Shown piece after piece: positions 1 to 10,208 of a stretch of DNA of 64,000 bases. The stretch is from the IMG/VR virus record IMGVR_UViG_3300018412_000011; one strand, given 5' to 3'. Each line of letters starts with the position of its first letter. Position 1 is the first letter of the stretch. The DNA comes from an uncultured virus (IMG/VR IMGVR_UViG_3300018412_000011). Its lineage: Duplodnaviria; Heunggongvirae; Uroviricota; Caudoviricetes. The notes below the pieces were generated by a model, which had not been told where the DNA came from, did not search any database, and was given only the letters and a program-made list of their open reading frames with translations. The position numbers were made by a program, and so were the translations under genes.

Positions 1-381
1 AACTCTGAATAATGAATCTACATCGACTCCTTGCATTTCAGCCCATTCTTCTTGGAAGGATTGTTCGGCATCAATCAAACAACAATTAATGCCTTGTTTT
101 TGAGCGCTTGCAATCAACTTCAAAGTTAAAAACGATTTTCCACTAGATTCAGGACCGAAAAGTTCAACGAGCTTCCCTCTAGGAATACCACCACAATTAC
201 TTACTGCATCAATGGATGGAGTGCCAAATGAAATTGGGGGCAACTTGGAATCAACAGATTTTTTCCCTTTAAAAATAATGGGATCGGGTCCCAATTTGCT
301 AGATAATTTTTTTGATAAAGATGTCTCTATGTTACCAATCGCAACATCTACTGCACTTCTTCCACTTTTTTTTGAAGCCAT
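1..381 (-). CDS. recA: RecA recombinase, N-terminal part (runs off the window start)
   Basis: Manual translation from ATG at 381: MASKKSG...GGIPRGKLVELFGPESSGKSFLTLKLIASAQKQGINCCLIDAEQ. Contains the RecA Walker A and the IDAE motif. Not in the ORF track because it is truncated. Confidence 0.95.
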   Translation of the reverse strand, partial: MASKKSGRSAVDVAIGNIETSLSKKLSSKLGPDPIIFKGKKSVDSKLPPISFGTPSIDAVSNCGGIPRGKLVELFGPESSGKSFLTLKLIASAQKQGINCCLIDAEQSFQEEWAEMQGVDVDSLFRV

Positions 382-410
382 AATTTTTCTCCTATATTTT
401 TTTAAAAAAT

Positions 411-445
411 GGAGGTTGGGGTTTTATAGTAAAACCCCAACCTCC
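411..445. terminator. Perfect inverted repeat, probable intrinsic terminator after the SSB-like gene
   Basis: GGAGGTTGGGGTTTT-atagt-AAAACCCCAACCTCC, followed on the minus strand by ATTTTT. Confidence 0.7.
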
Positions 446-463
446 TAGTATTAATAACGACTA

Positions 464-1177
464 TTAAAATACATCGTCTTCGTCTGCAACCTCTTCTATA
501 GCAGCGCTTTCTTCGGCTGCTGAAGTTGTTTCTGTGGAGATGCGTTCATTGGGAGAATTCTTCTCTTTGACTTTCTTCTCGTCAGGAAGGGAATTCCACA
601 ATTCTTCAATCTCATCAGCCGTCTTAGCTTTTTTCAGAACTTCAAGGGATGGCCAATTATCCTTAACCTCTCTAACCTTTTTAATTTCTTCCTTAGTTAA
701 AGGAGCAGGTTTTACGATAGGAGACACAGAATAATCTGCATTCAATGTTCCAGCATTTTTAACATTAATAACAAAATCAGGACCATCTTTTCCAGCAGGA
801 TTAATTTCGTTATTTACATAGTATTCGTGGAAACTCTTAAAAACAGAAGGACCTTTATCCAAAATCTTAGGTTTTGCCACTCCATTTTCATCAAGATCAT
901 TCTTGTCAAGAATAAGAATTGCGAAACGCGAGGAAGGATAAAAACCAGCTTTTGTAGGTGAAACTTTATTTCTATCCTCATCTGACACAATAACTCCTTG
1001 ACCGAAAGGTTCCCAAAATTGATGATATTTGACGTAATTGCCAACTAATCTAACTTTATATTTAGCAGACTTTTTGAACTTCATCCATTCTACTGGATTA
1101 TCGTTATTATTTGAATTTGTTTTTTTATCTTCGTCAAATTCATCGAAGTCTTTTACCCAATCATTCATCTCGCTCAT
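464..1177 (-). CDS. gp32-like single-stranded DNA-binding protein
   Basis: KYKVRLV / KILDKGPSVF / GPDFVI pattern, very acidic C-tail ending DEDDVF, adjacent to recA. Confidence 0.6.
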   Translation of the reverse strand: MSEMNDWVKDFDEFDEDKKTNSNNNDNPVEWMKFKKSAKYKVRLVGNYVKYHQFWEPFGQGVIVSDEDRNKVSPTKAGFYPSSRFAILILDKNDLDENGVAKPKILDKGPSVFKSFHEYYVNNEINPAGKDGPDFVINVKNAGTLNADYSVSPIVKPAPLTKEEIKKVREVKDNWPSLEVLKKAKTADEIEELWNSLPDEKKVKEKNSPNERISTETTSAAEESAAIEEVADEDDVF

Positions 1178-1312
1178 AGTATTTTCTCCTATTTTTGTAT
1201 TTACTTTATTTGCTCAGTCTAATTGATAGAATAATTATACAAAATTTTATCAATATTTTCACTTTTTTTGTCTTTTTTATTTTTGTCAAAAAGGTTCTTG
1301 ATCTTCTGTTAA

Positions 1313-2086
1313 TTATTCATAATCTTCTGACGTTTCTTTTTCAAGGGATGCAAAAATATCTGGATCATCTTCATCATTTGTGGAAAGATCGATGTCCCTT
1401 TCTTGGTTAAGACTACTTCCTAATTCTTCGTCGGTTAACGTTCTTTGGAAATTAATTTCGGGGATGTTGCTTCTTCCCCCAAAATCTCCTTGTTTAGACT
1501 GAATTTGGAATACTGTAATTCTTCTTGAATAAGAATGAAGAATGCTTTCTGCATTTTTTATGATTTGCAATAAAGCATTTTTTAAAGAATCACTTTCCGC
1601 ATAATCAACTTCGTACTCAACCAAAATTGAAGAAGCTTCTCCTTCCCGTTTATCTTTACTGCCTCCTGATGCATAATTCATCCAAGCAAGCCTTAATAAT
1701 TCGAGATACCGCTTTTTAACCCCACAGATAGGGACTAATTGAATATAAATTTCAGTTAACCTATCTTGTATTGCTTGAATTTTAGCTATCTCTTCGCTTA
1801 TTATATCTAAAGTTGGAGTCTTAGAAGAGCGAACTGCAAGAGTTTCTAATTCCTCATAAATTTCATCATAATCAACTTTAGGAAACTTTTTTAAACTCTC
1901 GTTGCATTTTTTAACAATTTGCTTAAATTCAGAAGGATAATTCCTTCCTGCAAGCAATTGAGGAACACTAGAAGAAGATTCATTTAAAGGGGTCTCTTCT
2001 TGAGTCTCTGAAGATTTTGAAGATTCTTCTTTAAAAGAGTTTTCTTCTCCAAAAATATCGTCTAGGTCGTTATCACTCATTAGCAA
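1313..2086 (-). CDS. Hypothetical helical protein in the replication/recombination cluster
   Basis: 257-aa ORF with acidic termini; no motif recognised. Confidence 0.6.
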   Translation of the reverse strand: MLMSDNDLDDIFGEENSFKEESSKSSETQEETPLNESSSSVPQLLAGRNYPSEFKQIVKKCNESLKKFPKVDYDEIYEELETLAVRSSKTPTLDIISEEIAKIQAIQDRLTEIYIQLVPICGVKKRYLELLRLAWMNYASGGSKDKREGEASSILVEYEVDYAESDSLKNALLQIIKNAESILHSYSRRITVFQIQSKQGDFGGRSNIPEINFQRTLTDEELGSSLNQERDIDLSTNDEDDPDIFASLEKETSEDYE

Positions 2087-2439
2087 CTTTTATATACAAT
2101 TAAGTAATCATTGGAATTAAGAATTGTACTATTCTCTTTATCAATCTGAAAAGTTAATTCTCCGAAATCTGCTCTTTGAACTCCAATTTCTTGAGTTTTG
2201 TCATGTTCAATATATTCTTCAAATGAAGGGCTACCCGCAAATCCGAAAATAGTTACGAACACCTCAAAGCAATTTTCCTCATTATTTCTTTGAGTGCTTA
2301 CTTCGAATTCATCAACTTGTAAAATTTGCCCCTTATTGTCTTCAATTAATTTTTCAATTGAAGCTTCAAGTAAATTCTCTAATTCTGAAGAACCTAATTT
2401 AATATCATTAATGTCTACTTTGTTTTTTCTTTCTAGCAT
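2080..2439 (-). CDS. Hypothetical protein
   Basis: 119-aa ORF in the operon. Confidence 0.6.
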   Translation of the reverse strand: MLERKNKVDINDIKLGSSELENLLEASIEKLIEDNKGQILQVDEFEVSTQRNNEENCFEVFVTIFGFAGSPSFEEYIEHDKTQEIGVQRADFGELTFQIDKENSTILNSNDYLIVYKSC

Positions 2440-2496
2440 ATTTGATCCTTTTTTATGTTATGTTAAAATACTACGCTTTTATGTTATGTTAAACGA

Positions 2497-2964
2497 CTAA
2501 CCAAAAATATCGTCGTCATCATCAAAAAACTCATTGTCATCTGTTTCTGAAGATTCTGAAGGTTCTGAAGGTTCAAATTCAGCCATTTCTTCTTCATTTT
2601 GCTTGCAAGTTTCCAAATCATCTTTTTGTTTTAACGCGATCTTTTCTTTCTTATCCAAAGCTGGGTTACTATCTTTTGCAATATTGGGGATATTTTTGTT
2701 ATTAAGCCATTCCGGAACTGTTTGGATAATAGCATCTTCAACTTCAACAACTTCCTTTCTTCCTTTGCCAACTCCATCAACAATAATTTGCATACTGTTT
2801 TGAAGAGACTCTACAAGATCTGTGGTTAAAGCTTTTTCTGCCTTTATTCTTTCTTCTTTTGAATTATATTCAATTTCTTCTTCGGCGTATTTAACCAACT
2901 CTATGTGTTGGAAATTTTTAAGATTAACCCTTAAATTAATTGATTCTGCTATTTTTCTTTTCAT
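2497..2964 (-). CDS. Hypothetical protein (ends in TAG)
   Basis: 155-aa ORF, AGGAG RBS, acidic tail. Confidence 0.65.
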   Translation of the reverse strand: MKRKIAESINLRVNLKNFQHIELVKYAEEEIEYNSKEERIKAEKALTTDLVESLQNSMQIIVDGVGKGRKEVVEVEDAIIQTVPEWLNNKNIPNIAKDSNPALDKKEKIALKQKDDLETCKQNEEEMAEFEPSEPSESSETDDNEFFDDDDDIFG

Positions 2965-2973
2965 TTTTTTCTC

Positions 2974-3684
2974 CTATAATTTTACATTTGAATTAGATAT
3001 TCTTGAAAACAAATTGCCTCCCCCAAAGCTTTCTACTTCCTCAACTTGTTTCTTTTTTTGTTTTCTTTCTTTATCTACAACTTTTTTAATGTCTTGATAT
3101 TTGTTTTTCAATTCATCTCTTTTCATGTCCCAAGCCGCATCCATGCATCCACAATCAACTAACGCCTCAAACACTCTTGATGTGACTCTTCTATTATCTA
3201 CTTTATGAATAAACTCTTTTAAAGAATTAAATGGTTGATTCTCAATAATACTTTCAACCGCTTTTTCTCCCACTCCCTTTAGAATAGTTAATGGACATCT
3301 GATAAATGTATAAGATTCGCCTTTTTTATTTATTCCTTCTTCTAGTAAAAAGTCTGAACCGCTTTTATTAATATTTGCTTTTTTAATAACAATTCCCATA
3401 TTTTGTGCCTCTTTTATATAAGAGTCTAATTTCACATTCTTGTCATTATTCGCAATTTCAGCAGTTAATAAATTACACATAAATTCTAATGGGTAGTGAA
3501 CTTTCAACCAAGCTGTTTGGTAAGATATCAATCCATACGAAACTGAATGGCTATTCATCGTTGGAATTTGGATATTGTTTTGGGGATCATATATAAAATA
3601 ATTATGTTGATCCGACTTCATAGTCAAACTATAACTTTTTTGTTTTCCTAATGACTTAATTGATTTGATTTTGCACTTTTTCAT
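2974..3684 (-). CDS. dnaE: DNA polymerase III alpha, piece 3: C-intein 2 plus C-terminal extein (HhH region)
   Basis: N-terminal MKKCKIKSIKSLGKQKSYSLTM...HNYF...PTMN is a C-intein. It is followed by SHSVSYGLISYQTAWLKVHYPLEF and IKGVGEKA-type DnaE motifs. Confidence 0.92.
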   Translation of the reverse strand: MKKCKIKSIKSLGKQKSYSLTMKSDQHNYFIYDPQNNIQIPTMNSHSVSYGLISYQTAWLKVHYPLEFMCNLLTAEIANNDKNVKLDSYIKEAQNMGIVIKKANINKSGSDFLLEEGINKKGESYTFIRCPLTILKGVGEKAVESIIENQPFNSLKEFIHKVDNRRVTSRVFEALVDCGCMDAAWDMKRDELKNKYQDIKKVVDKERKQKKKQVEEVESFGGGNLFSRISNSNVKL

Positions 3685-4807
3685 ATTTTCTTGTCAAGTA
3701 TAATTGAGATTTATCTTTGTCAAGATACAACCATTTAATGAAATCGTAAATCTTTTTTTTGCCTCCTCCAACTTTAACTACCCACATGTTATCAGTTGGG
3801 TGGTTTATCTTAAATTGAGGATGCAAGTCCTTAATTTGACAAGCAAACTTTTCAGATGCCGTAGTGCATATGTGACACCAAGGATATTGGGTTTGGCGAT
3901 TTATTCCCAAAGAACCATCGCCATCCATCAAACCTCTGAAAAATGAATTATGAAATTTTAAAGGAACGCAATTTGAATACTCCAAAATCTTTGACTTATT
4001 TCTCACAACCCCTAGATTTTTTAAATCATTGGCTATTTTTTTATTATTCACATTTAGTCTGACCATATCTTTTGCATTCATCCCCTTTTCTCTCCGATGA
4101 GATAAATCTATCTTTTGCAACCCATGAGTTTTGTCGGCTCCAATTAAAGAACTAATTTTTTCTAGAATATAGTAATCTTCTTTTGTTATTTGGATTTCAA
4201 AACCCAAATAATCCTTTTTAATATTGCCATCGGCCATTATAAAACCAAGAATATAAGCTTTTTCGGCAGAATCAATTTTTTCAAAAAAGTCTTCCTTGTA
4301 GTATGTTCGGACTTTGGGCAATCTTCTTTTAACTTCGTTCTTTCTTAAAATATCATAAATACTTTTACTAGTTTCATATCCATATTGCCTACTCAAAAAT
4401 TCTCCCGTTGCTCCACTTGTATATTCTTTAATAATTTTTTCTTCAATTTTATCATTATGTATTTTATTCCACGGCTCACCTCTAAAAGAATCTAAATCAT
4501 ATTTTCGTTTAATCCTAGTTAAAGTGGGATAGGGAACCTCAGTTAACTTCGAAATTTCTTTTAATTTAACTTTGTGAATTTTAGATTTTTGACAAAGAAG
4601 TCTCCAATATCTTTCCCTTTTATTTTGATAATTATTTTCGTTGATTACTCGTCGAACCACTCTCTCTGTTAAATTCGTTTCTTTTTCGATATTCTTCAAC
4701 AACTTCCTTTGGAAAAACATTTTTCGAATTATTTTTTTCTGATTTAGAGTTGTTATCTTTTTGTTGGGAGGTATTCTTTTGTTCATTTTCGGTTCCTTGC
4801 TGCACAT
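3656..4807 (-). CDS. Free-standing LAGLIDADG homing endonuclease between split-intein halves
   Basis: Two motifs, YILGFIMADG and FFRGLMDGDG, plus N-terminal helix-turn-helix-like repeats. Confidence 0.88.
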   Translation of the reverse strand: MCSKEPKMNKRIPPNKKITTLNQKKIIRKMFFQRKLLKNIEKETNLTERVVRRVINENNYQNKRERYWRLLCQKSKIHKVKLKEISKLTEVPYPTLTRIKRKYDLDSFRGEPWNKIHNDKIEEKIIKEYTSGATGEFLSRQYGYETSKSIYDILRKNEVKRRLPKVRTYYKEDFFEKIDSAEKAYILGFIMADGNIKKDYLGFEIQITKEDYYILEKISSLIGADKTHGLQKIDLSHRREKGMNAKDMVRLNVNNKKIANDLKNLGVVRNKSKILEYSNCVPLKFHNSFFRGLMDGDGSLGINRQTQYPWCHICTTASEKFACQIKDLHPQFKINHPTDNMWVVKVGGGKKKIYDFIKWLYLDKDKSQLYLTRKYEKVQNQIN

Positions 4808-4931
4808 TTTGTGTAATATGCACTTTTTCCGAATCCGACTTCAGATCTCCTTCTTTTTTGTTTGCTAAAAAATTGTAAAACAAAGGAGTAAGTCTGGAAA
4901 CAAGAATTCCAACCATACCAATAAATATTTG

Positions 4932-6608
4932 TTAAGGAGCTTTTTCATATAATATTTCTAAATCTTTTTCAATTATTTCTTCTAAAGTATGTGGCTTAAA
5001 GTCGGTACAAACAAACTTATGGTCAATTGTGCATTTAAAAAGAGCTCCATTATCTAATTCAACTTCAAAAAGTTCTTTTTCTCCTACCTCAAATACATCA
5101 ACAACTTCGTCTTCTACAACCACCCCATCTTTTATGGAATTTAAATAGATTTTTGGAAAATTACATTTTTCCCCTTGCTCAAAATTATTCCAACAATGAG
5201 CTTTAAAAAAATCTTTTTCTAGATTTTCTAAAGAATAGACTTTCCCATCAACTGACTTAACGCAAGTATCGCCCGACAAACATTTATTGAAACCATAACC
5301 TCCAAAGAATTTGATTTGTTCAAAAATTTCTTTAGCAATTTGAGGATTAACGTTATTGTGCTTCTTACAACCTTCAATAAAATCTTTTTCTTGCGCGTCT
5401 AAAAGATCTTGTTTCTTTTTACCAACTGCTTTCCTTAAAGTATCCGATTGACCCTTAGTAAATCCCGCAAGTTCTTGAGCAACTTTCATGAAATCTTCTT
5501 GATATACAATTAAAGAGTATGTTTTTTTCAACAACTCTCCCATTTTTGGATGTAAAGGCTTAATTGGTTTACGTCCATGTTTATAGTCAGCATAAAGTTC
5601 TGGAACCCCCGCGCCTAAAGGTCCTGGTCTAAACAAAGCGGTTGCTGCAACCATATCTCCAAAAGAATCGACCCTAATATCTCTTAACAATCGAGAAATA
5701 CCATATGATTCGAATTGAAACACCCCTTTGTTTTCTGCTCCTTTTATTTTACCATTAAGTAAATCAAAAACTAATTGATCTATTGGTTCTAAAGTGTTAA
5801 TATCTATCTCTTTTCCATGGCGACTTTTGATCATTTCAACTGTTCTTGAAATAACAGAAAGAGTTTTTAAAGCTAAACAATCAAACTTCAACAAACCTAA
5901 TTCTTCTACTTCTTCTTTGTCGAATTGAGTGCAAATCACATCTTTGCGACATCTTAAAGGAACATGTTTTACAATTGGATCTTTGCAAGCCACAATACCA
6001 GCTGCATGAGAACCCGCAGAAGATATAGTCCCTTCAATATGTTGAGCTGCTCGATATAAAGCAGGATATCTTTGCATAGATTGTTTAAATTCAAAAGAAT
6101 TTTCATATGCTTTTTCAATAGTCATGTCAGGATCTTCTGGAATTTGCTTTGATATTTCATCTGCAATGTTCAAAGAATTTTTGGTAATAAATTTTTTACC
6201 AGTTCTAACTCCTTTTTGGTAATTTTCCCAATCATTACCTAAATCCAAAGCTTTAGCGGCATAACGAATAACCGCTTTAGCTTTAAATGAATTATATGTG
6301 CCAATTTGGGCACAATGATCAGCCCCATATTTTCTCCTTATGTAATCAAATATTTCATCTCTACGGAAATAATCAAAATCAATATCAACGTCAGGTGGAG
6401 AAATACGTTCTGGATTCAAAAACCTCTCAAATAAAAGATCATATTTAATTGGATCGACATTTGTAATCCCCAAACAATACAAGGCAAGAGAACCCGCGCC
6501 TGAATTATGAACTGATAAACCTTCTATATTATAAGCATGTATTTTATCTACATGCAAATCATAAACTTTTCCTTTATATTCTCTTTTTGATATTTTTTTT
6601 ATTTTCAT
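4932..6608 (-). CDS. dnaE: DNA polymerase III alpha, piece 2: C-intein 1, catalytic core, N-intein 2
   Basis: Starts MKIKKISKREYKGKVYDLHV...VHN|SGAGS; catalytic PDVDIDF, HAAG and GLLKFD; ends GFNK|CLSGDT...CTIDHKF (N-intein). Confidence 0.95.
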   Translation of the reverse strand: MKIKKISKREYKGKVYDLHVDKIHAYNIEGLSVHNSGAGSLALYCLGITNVDPIKYDLLFERFLNPERISPPDVDIDFDYFRRDEIFDYIRRKYGADHCAQIGTYNSFKAKAVIRYAAKALDLGNDWENYQKGVRTGKKFITKNSLNIADEISKQIPEDPDMTIEKAYENSFEFKQSMQRYPALYRAAQHIEGTISSAGSHAAGIVACKDPIVKHVPLRCRKDVICTQFDKEEVEELGLLKFDCLALKTLSVISRTVEMIKSRHGKEIDINTLEPIDQLVFDLLNGKIKGAENKGVFQFESYGISRLLRDIRVDSFGDMVAATALFRPGPLGAGVPELYADYKHGRKPIKPLHPKMGELLKKTYSLIVYQEDFMKVAQELAGFTKGQSDTLRKAVGKKKQDLLDAQEKDFIEGCKKHNNVNPQIAKEIFEQIKFFGGYGFNKCLSGDTCVKSVDGKVYSLENLEKDFFKAHCWNNFEQGEKCNFPKIYLNSIKDGVVVEDEVVDVFEVGEKELFEVELDNGALFKCTIDHKFVCTDFKPHTLEEIIEKDLEILYEKAP

Positions 6609-7566
6609 TTTTTTGTTTTTTTGTTTTCAATCTAATGAAGAAATTTTGAACTGCTTTGTTGTCGATAAATCTTATGTCTTTAAGGTAAGGGGTTACTTGC
6701 CTCCGAACATAAACATCTGATCGGACTAGAATACCTCTATTTTTCAACTCTTTTAAGGAGAAAACGATGTATTTTTCTCCGAATATTTTTTTTGCTGCAT
6801 TAAGTTTTTCATTATAATTATGAAAAACTTTATTTCCCTTTATTTCCACAAGATACGAATTATTTTTAGTTTTAATTTCAAAATCTGGATAATAATTTCT
6901 AGTTTTATTTGCTTTGTCTTTGTATGGTATTTTCTTATCGCTTCGCTTTATTTCAAGAATTTTTGAATTTTTAAAACAATATATTATATATAATAATTCC
7001 CAACTACTATGAAAATGAATTCCTCTTATGCTACCCGAAACAAACTGTTTCGAATTTCTTTTTTCAAAATATAAAGGATCTTCTTTAACCAATCGTTCGT
7101 GGGCTTTTCGTTGTTTTTTAATTACATCTTCTCTATTCTGAGCAATAAGTTGAGCCTTTGAATTATTCTCTTTCCACTCGTCAGAACTAGTTGCATATTT
7201 TAAGGCGCATTTTGAACATATTGGTTTCACACCACATATACTTCTTCTTCTCATTTTATTAAATTCCATCAAATCTTCTTCATCACATTCTTGACATGTG
7301 AATTTTATCAACTTTTTTGTCTTGAGAATATCTAAATAAGGTAAAATATCTTTATATTCCCAATATTCATTATTCCATTTTCCTTGTAAAGATTCTGGAA
7401 CGTCTTTTTTCAAACCATACCTCCCCCCCTTACTATGATTTTTTTTATAGCATTCTTTACATATCGGAACTCCACTTTTTACCTTCCTTCTTTTAAGCCC
7501 TCCTGGTTGTAATTTGAATTCTTTGCCACACTCGATACACTTATATTTTTTTGTTTTTCCTCTCAT
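6574..7566 (-). CDS. Free-standing Zn-ribbon plus TnsA-like PD-(D/E)XK endonuclease between split-intein halves
   Basis: Several CxxC pairs; HSSWEL...YYPDF...LVEIKG nuclease motif. Confidence 0.78.
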   Translation of the reverse strand: MRGKTKKYKCIECGKEFKLQPGGLKRRKVKSGVPICKECYKKNHSKGGRYGLKKDVPESLQGKWNNEYWEYKDILPYLDILKTKKLIKFTCQECDEEDLMEFNKMRRRSICGVKPICSKCALKYATSSDEWKENNSKAQLIAQNREDVIKKQRKAHERLVKEDPLYFEKRNSKQFVSGSIRGIHFHSSWELLYIIYCFKNSKILEIKRSDKKIPYKDKANKTRNYYPDFEIKTKNNSYLVEIKGNKVFHNYNEKLNAAKKIFGEKYIVFSLKELKNRGILVRSDVYVRRQVTPYLKDIRFIDNKAVQNFFIRLKTKKQKNENKKNIKKRI

Positions 7567-7633
7567 GTTTTAGTCCTTTGTCTCGTTTATTCAACGACAG
7601 AACTAAAACTTCCTCTACTAGATCCTAAAAAAA

Positions 7634-9064
7634 TTAAATTTCTAATTCTTCTATCTCATAAATATCATCATTTTCGGAAAGATCTTGTGCTTCCACCCAA
7701 ACTAATTCTCCATCTCGAACTACATGAATTTTGTGATTGTTTGTGCAAGAAATCACCTTGCCATCTTCAAGTTCTATGTCAAAAATTTCTTCTTCAACTT
7801 CATATTCAAACTTATTTAGAACTTCATGATATTGCCCGTCATAAGACAAAACAAATTCCCCCTTTCTAATTAATTGTATTTTTTTCAATTCATTTTTTGT
7901 CTGCACCAAGCTTTCTGGAACAAAACAACCACGACCAGGCCCGACCGCTATGTTTTGTTCGTGAGCATAACGAATCATATCCCAAAGAATTAAAAAGTAC
8001 TTAATGTATCCACATTTCTCAATTGCTTTTAATTCAAATCTAATTCTTTCTTTGTATTCTTGCTTGCCTTTGAAACCCAATTTAACAAAACCATCTTTAA
8101 TTAAAGCAATAAGATAGTCCATTTCTGTCTCAAATCCTTCTGGTAATTCAAAAGACGGGAGTAAATCGGCAGATTCTTCCATCAATGGTTTTGACGAAAT
8201 CTTATCAACAATTTCTTTTGTATTTTCCAAAAGCTCAGGAACTTTCTTATATTTATTCGCAATTTCATCTTTGCTTTTGATATAAAACTCATCACTATCT
8301 AAAGTAAATCGTTTTGGATCTTTAATATGATTGTGGGTTTGCATTGCTAAAAGAATATCATGGTACTCTGCATCTTCTTTTTTTGCATAATGACAATCAT
8401 TAGTCGCAATTGCTTTAATATTATGTTTTTTAGAGAGTTTAAAAAGAACTTTTGCCACATCTTCTTCTCTTTTCTTTTGCTCTTCATTATTAAAATATTC
8501 ATGAGCCATAATTTCAATATAATAATCATCTTTAAAAAGATCTTTATATTTTAAAATAACTTGTTCCGCAACATCAACATGACCTTGATAAATGTTCATT
8601 GAAACTTCGCTTGAAATGCAACCAGAAGTACAAATCAATCCTTCATGATATTTTTGCAACAAACCAAAATCAATCCTAGGCTTTTTATATTTGCCTTCAA
8701 TCTCAGCAATAGAAGAAAGAGTAAACAAATTTTCTAACCCCTTTCTGTTTTTAGCAATGATAGTGATATGGTAAATAGGCATATTTTTATCCCTAGATGT
8801 ATGATCTTCAGAGATGTAAAATTCAGAACCCATAATGGGCTTAATGCCTTTTTTAAAACATTCTTTCTGGAAACGGAACAAGCCAGCACAAGTTCCATGG
8901 TCTGTTAATGCTAGAGCATCATATCCATTGTCAACAGCGCCTTGAACCATTTGTTCGATTGAACCAAGCCCATCTAATAAACTGTAGTGAGAGTGGTTAT
9001 GCAAATGGGCAAAATAAATTCCCTTTGATTCTTGTGATTTTTTTTCTTCGCAATTATTACACAT
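7634..9064 (-). CDS. dnaE: DNA polymerase III alpha, piece 1: PHP domain plus N-intein 1
   Basis: HLHNHSHYSLLDG, TDHG and TNDCHY PHP motifs; ends GPGRG|CFVPES...CTNNHKI (N-intein). Confidence 0.95.
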   Translation of the reverse strand: MCNNCEEKKSQESKGIYFAHLHNHSHYSLLDGLGSIEQMVQGAVDNGYDALALTDHGTCAGLFRFQKECFKKGIKPIMGSEFYISEDHTSRDKNMPIYHITIIAKNRKGLENLFTLSSIAEIEGKYKKPRIDFGLLQKYHEGLICTSGCISSEVSMNIYQGHVDVAEQVILKYKDLFKDDYYIEIMAHEYFNNEEQKKREEDVAKVLFKLSKKHNIKAIATNDCHYAKKEDAEYHDILLAMQTHNHIKDPKRFTLDSDEFYIKSKDEIANKYKKVPELLENTKEIVDKISSKPLMEESADLLPSFELPEGFETEMDYLIALIKDGFVKLGFKGKQEYKERIRFELKAIEKCGYIKYFLILWDMIRYAHEQNIAVGPGRGCFVPESLVQTKNELKKIQLIRKGEFVLSYDGQYHEVLNKFEYEVEEEIFDIELEDGKVISCTNNHKIHVVRDGELVWVEAQDLSENDDIYEIEELEI

Positions 9065-9073
9065 AAAAATAAC

Positions 9074-9568
9074 TTATAGAATATAGTCTAATGATTCTTT
9101 GGAATTATAGATTAAAGAATGAATAATGTTAAGAAGATTGTTAGAAAACTCTTCCCAATCAAAATCTTCTATATTTTCTTTCCCATGAGGAATTTGAAAA
9201 ATTTCTTTAATAGATGTTTCAATCCCTACAATAGAATAAAGACTTTGATCCGCAATGATTATTGAATCCAAAGCAATTACAATATGTACTCTTTTAGGCA
9301 TGTTATCCTTTTCCAGGATAAAATATTCAACACCATCTAATTCCATTCTTTCATAATCTGAAATAACTTTCTCTTCAATAAAAATTTTTAAGATAGATTC
9401 AAATTTAGCTTTTAATCTTGTAAGCTTTAATTGATTATTAACAGAGATTATGGATGGAGCATCCCCAAATTTAGTCAAAAATTCAGAATGTTTTTTCTTA
9501 ACATTTTTGTGAATATTTGGCAAAGTTTTATTTGCAAAATCAACTGATTTATTAGATATATTATTCAT
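9074..9568 (-). CDS. Hypothetical protein
   Basis: 164-aa ORF in the operon. Confidence 0.55.
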   Translation of the reverse strand: MNNISNKSVDFANKTLPNIHKNVKKKHSEFLTKFGDAPSIISVNNQLKLTRLKAKFESILKIFIEEKVISDYERMELDGVEYFILEKDNMPKRVHIVIALDSIIIADQSLYSIVGIETSIKEIFQIPHGKENIEDFDWEEFSNNLLNIIHSLIYNSKESLDYIL

Positions 9569-10208
9569 GTTTTTTCTTTTTTGAATTCTCTATGTCCTCA
9601 ACTTTTTTAAAAACAATATCTTGAACTTCTTGAGGACTTAATTTAGTAACATCAATCTCAATAACATTTATGCCTTTTCTTTTTAAATAGCATGGTAAAG
9701 AATTTTTATAAATACTGTTGATTTTTTTAATTGATTCTTCATCTTGAGTCCAAGCACATTTCCCATGTTGTGGGTTTGCTTTTCTCTCCTTATTAATCCT
9801 TTTTATCAACAAGTCAGGATTTCCATTAAGCAAAAAGATTCCATCTATTTTTTCTTCAGGATGAATCGTATATTCTAGGAAGGGCACGGGAATGTTGCCA
9901 TACATGCATTGGTAAACATATGTTGAAGTCCACCAACGATCTGCAAAACAAATTTCTTTTGAGTCTTTTGCGATTTTCACGTATTGGTCATATCTAACTG
10001 ACGAAAAAAGCATAAACTTAATTTTGGGGTCCAAATCTTCCCAAGGGGGCACCCCTCTACAAGCTGGACGAAGCATCTCACCTAAAGGAGTTTCTCCAGG
10101 ACTAGAAAATGCTTTGAAATTTTCCCCACGTTTCGTTTTTTCTTTTACGGCATTAATAAGGGTTGTTTTGCCAACTCCATTTGGACCTTCAACAATATAA
10201 AATGACAT
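9561..10208 (-). CDS. tmk: Thymidylate kinase
   Basis: EGPNGVGKTT P-loop and DRWWTSTYVYQ motif; likely start is MSFYIVEG (ATG at 10208, after GAAGGA). Confidence 0.85.
   Translation of the reverse strand: MSFYIVEGPNGVGKTTLINAVKEKTKRGENFKAFSSPGETPLGEMLRPACRGVPPWEDLDPKIKFMLFSSVRYDQYVKIAKDSKEICFADRWWTSTYVYQCMYGNIPVPFLEYTIHPEEKIDGIFLLNGNPDLLIKRINKERKANPQHGKCAWTQDEESIKKINSIYKNSLPCYLKRKGINVIEIDVTKLSPQEVQDIVFKKVEDIENSKKKKHE

Noticed and set aside
2974..9064. dnaE as a pseudogene or as interrupted by group I introns
   Set aside because: Each piece ends or starts with intein motifs at exact conserved junctions, and the gaps hold little non-coding sequence for a ribozyme.
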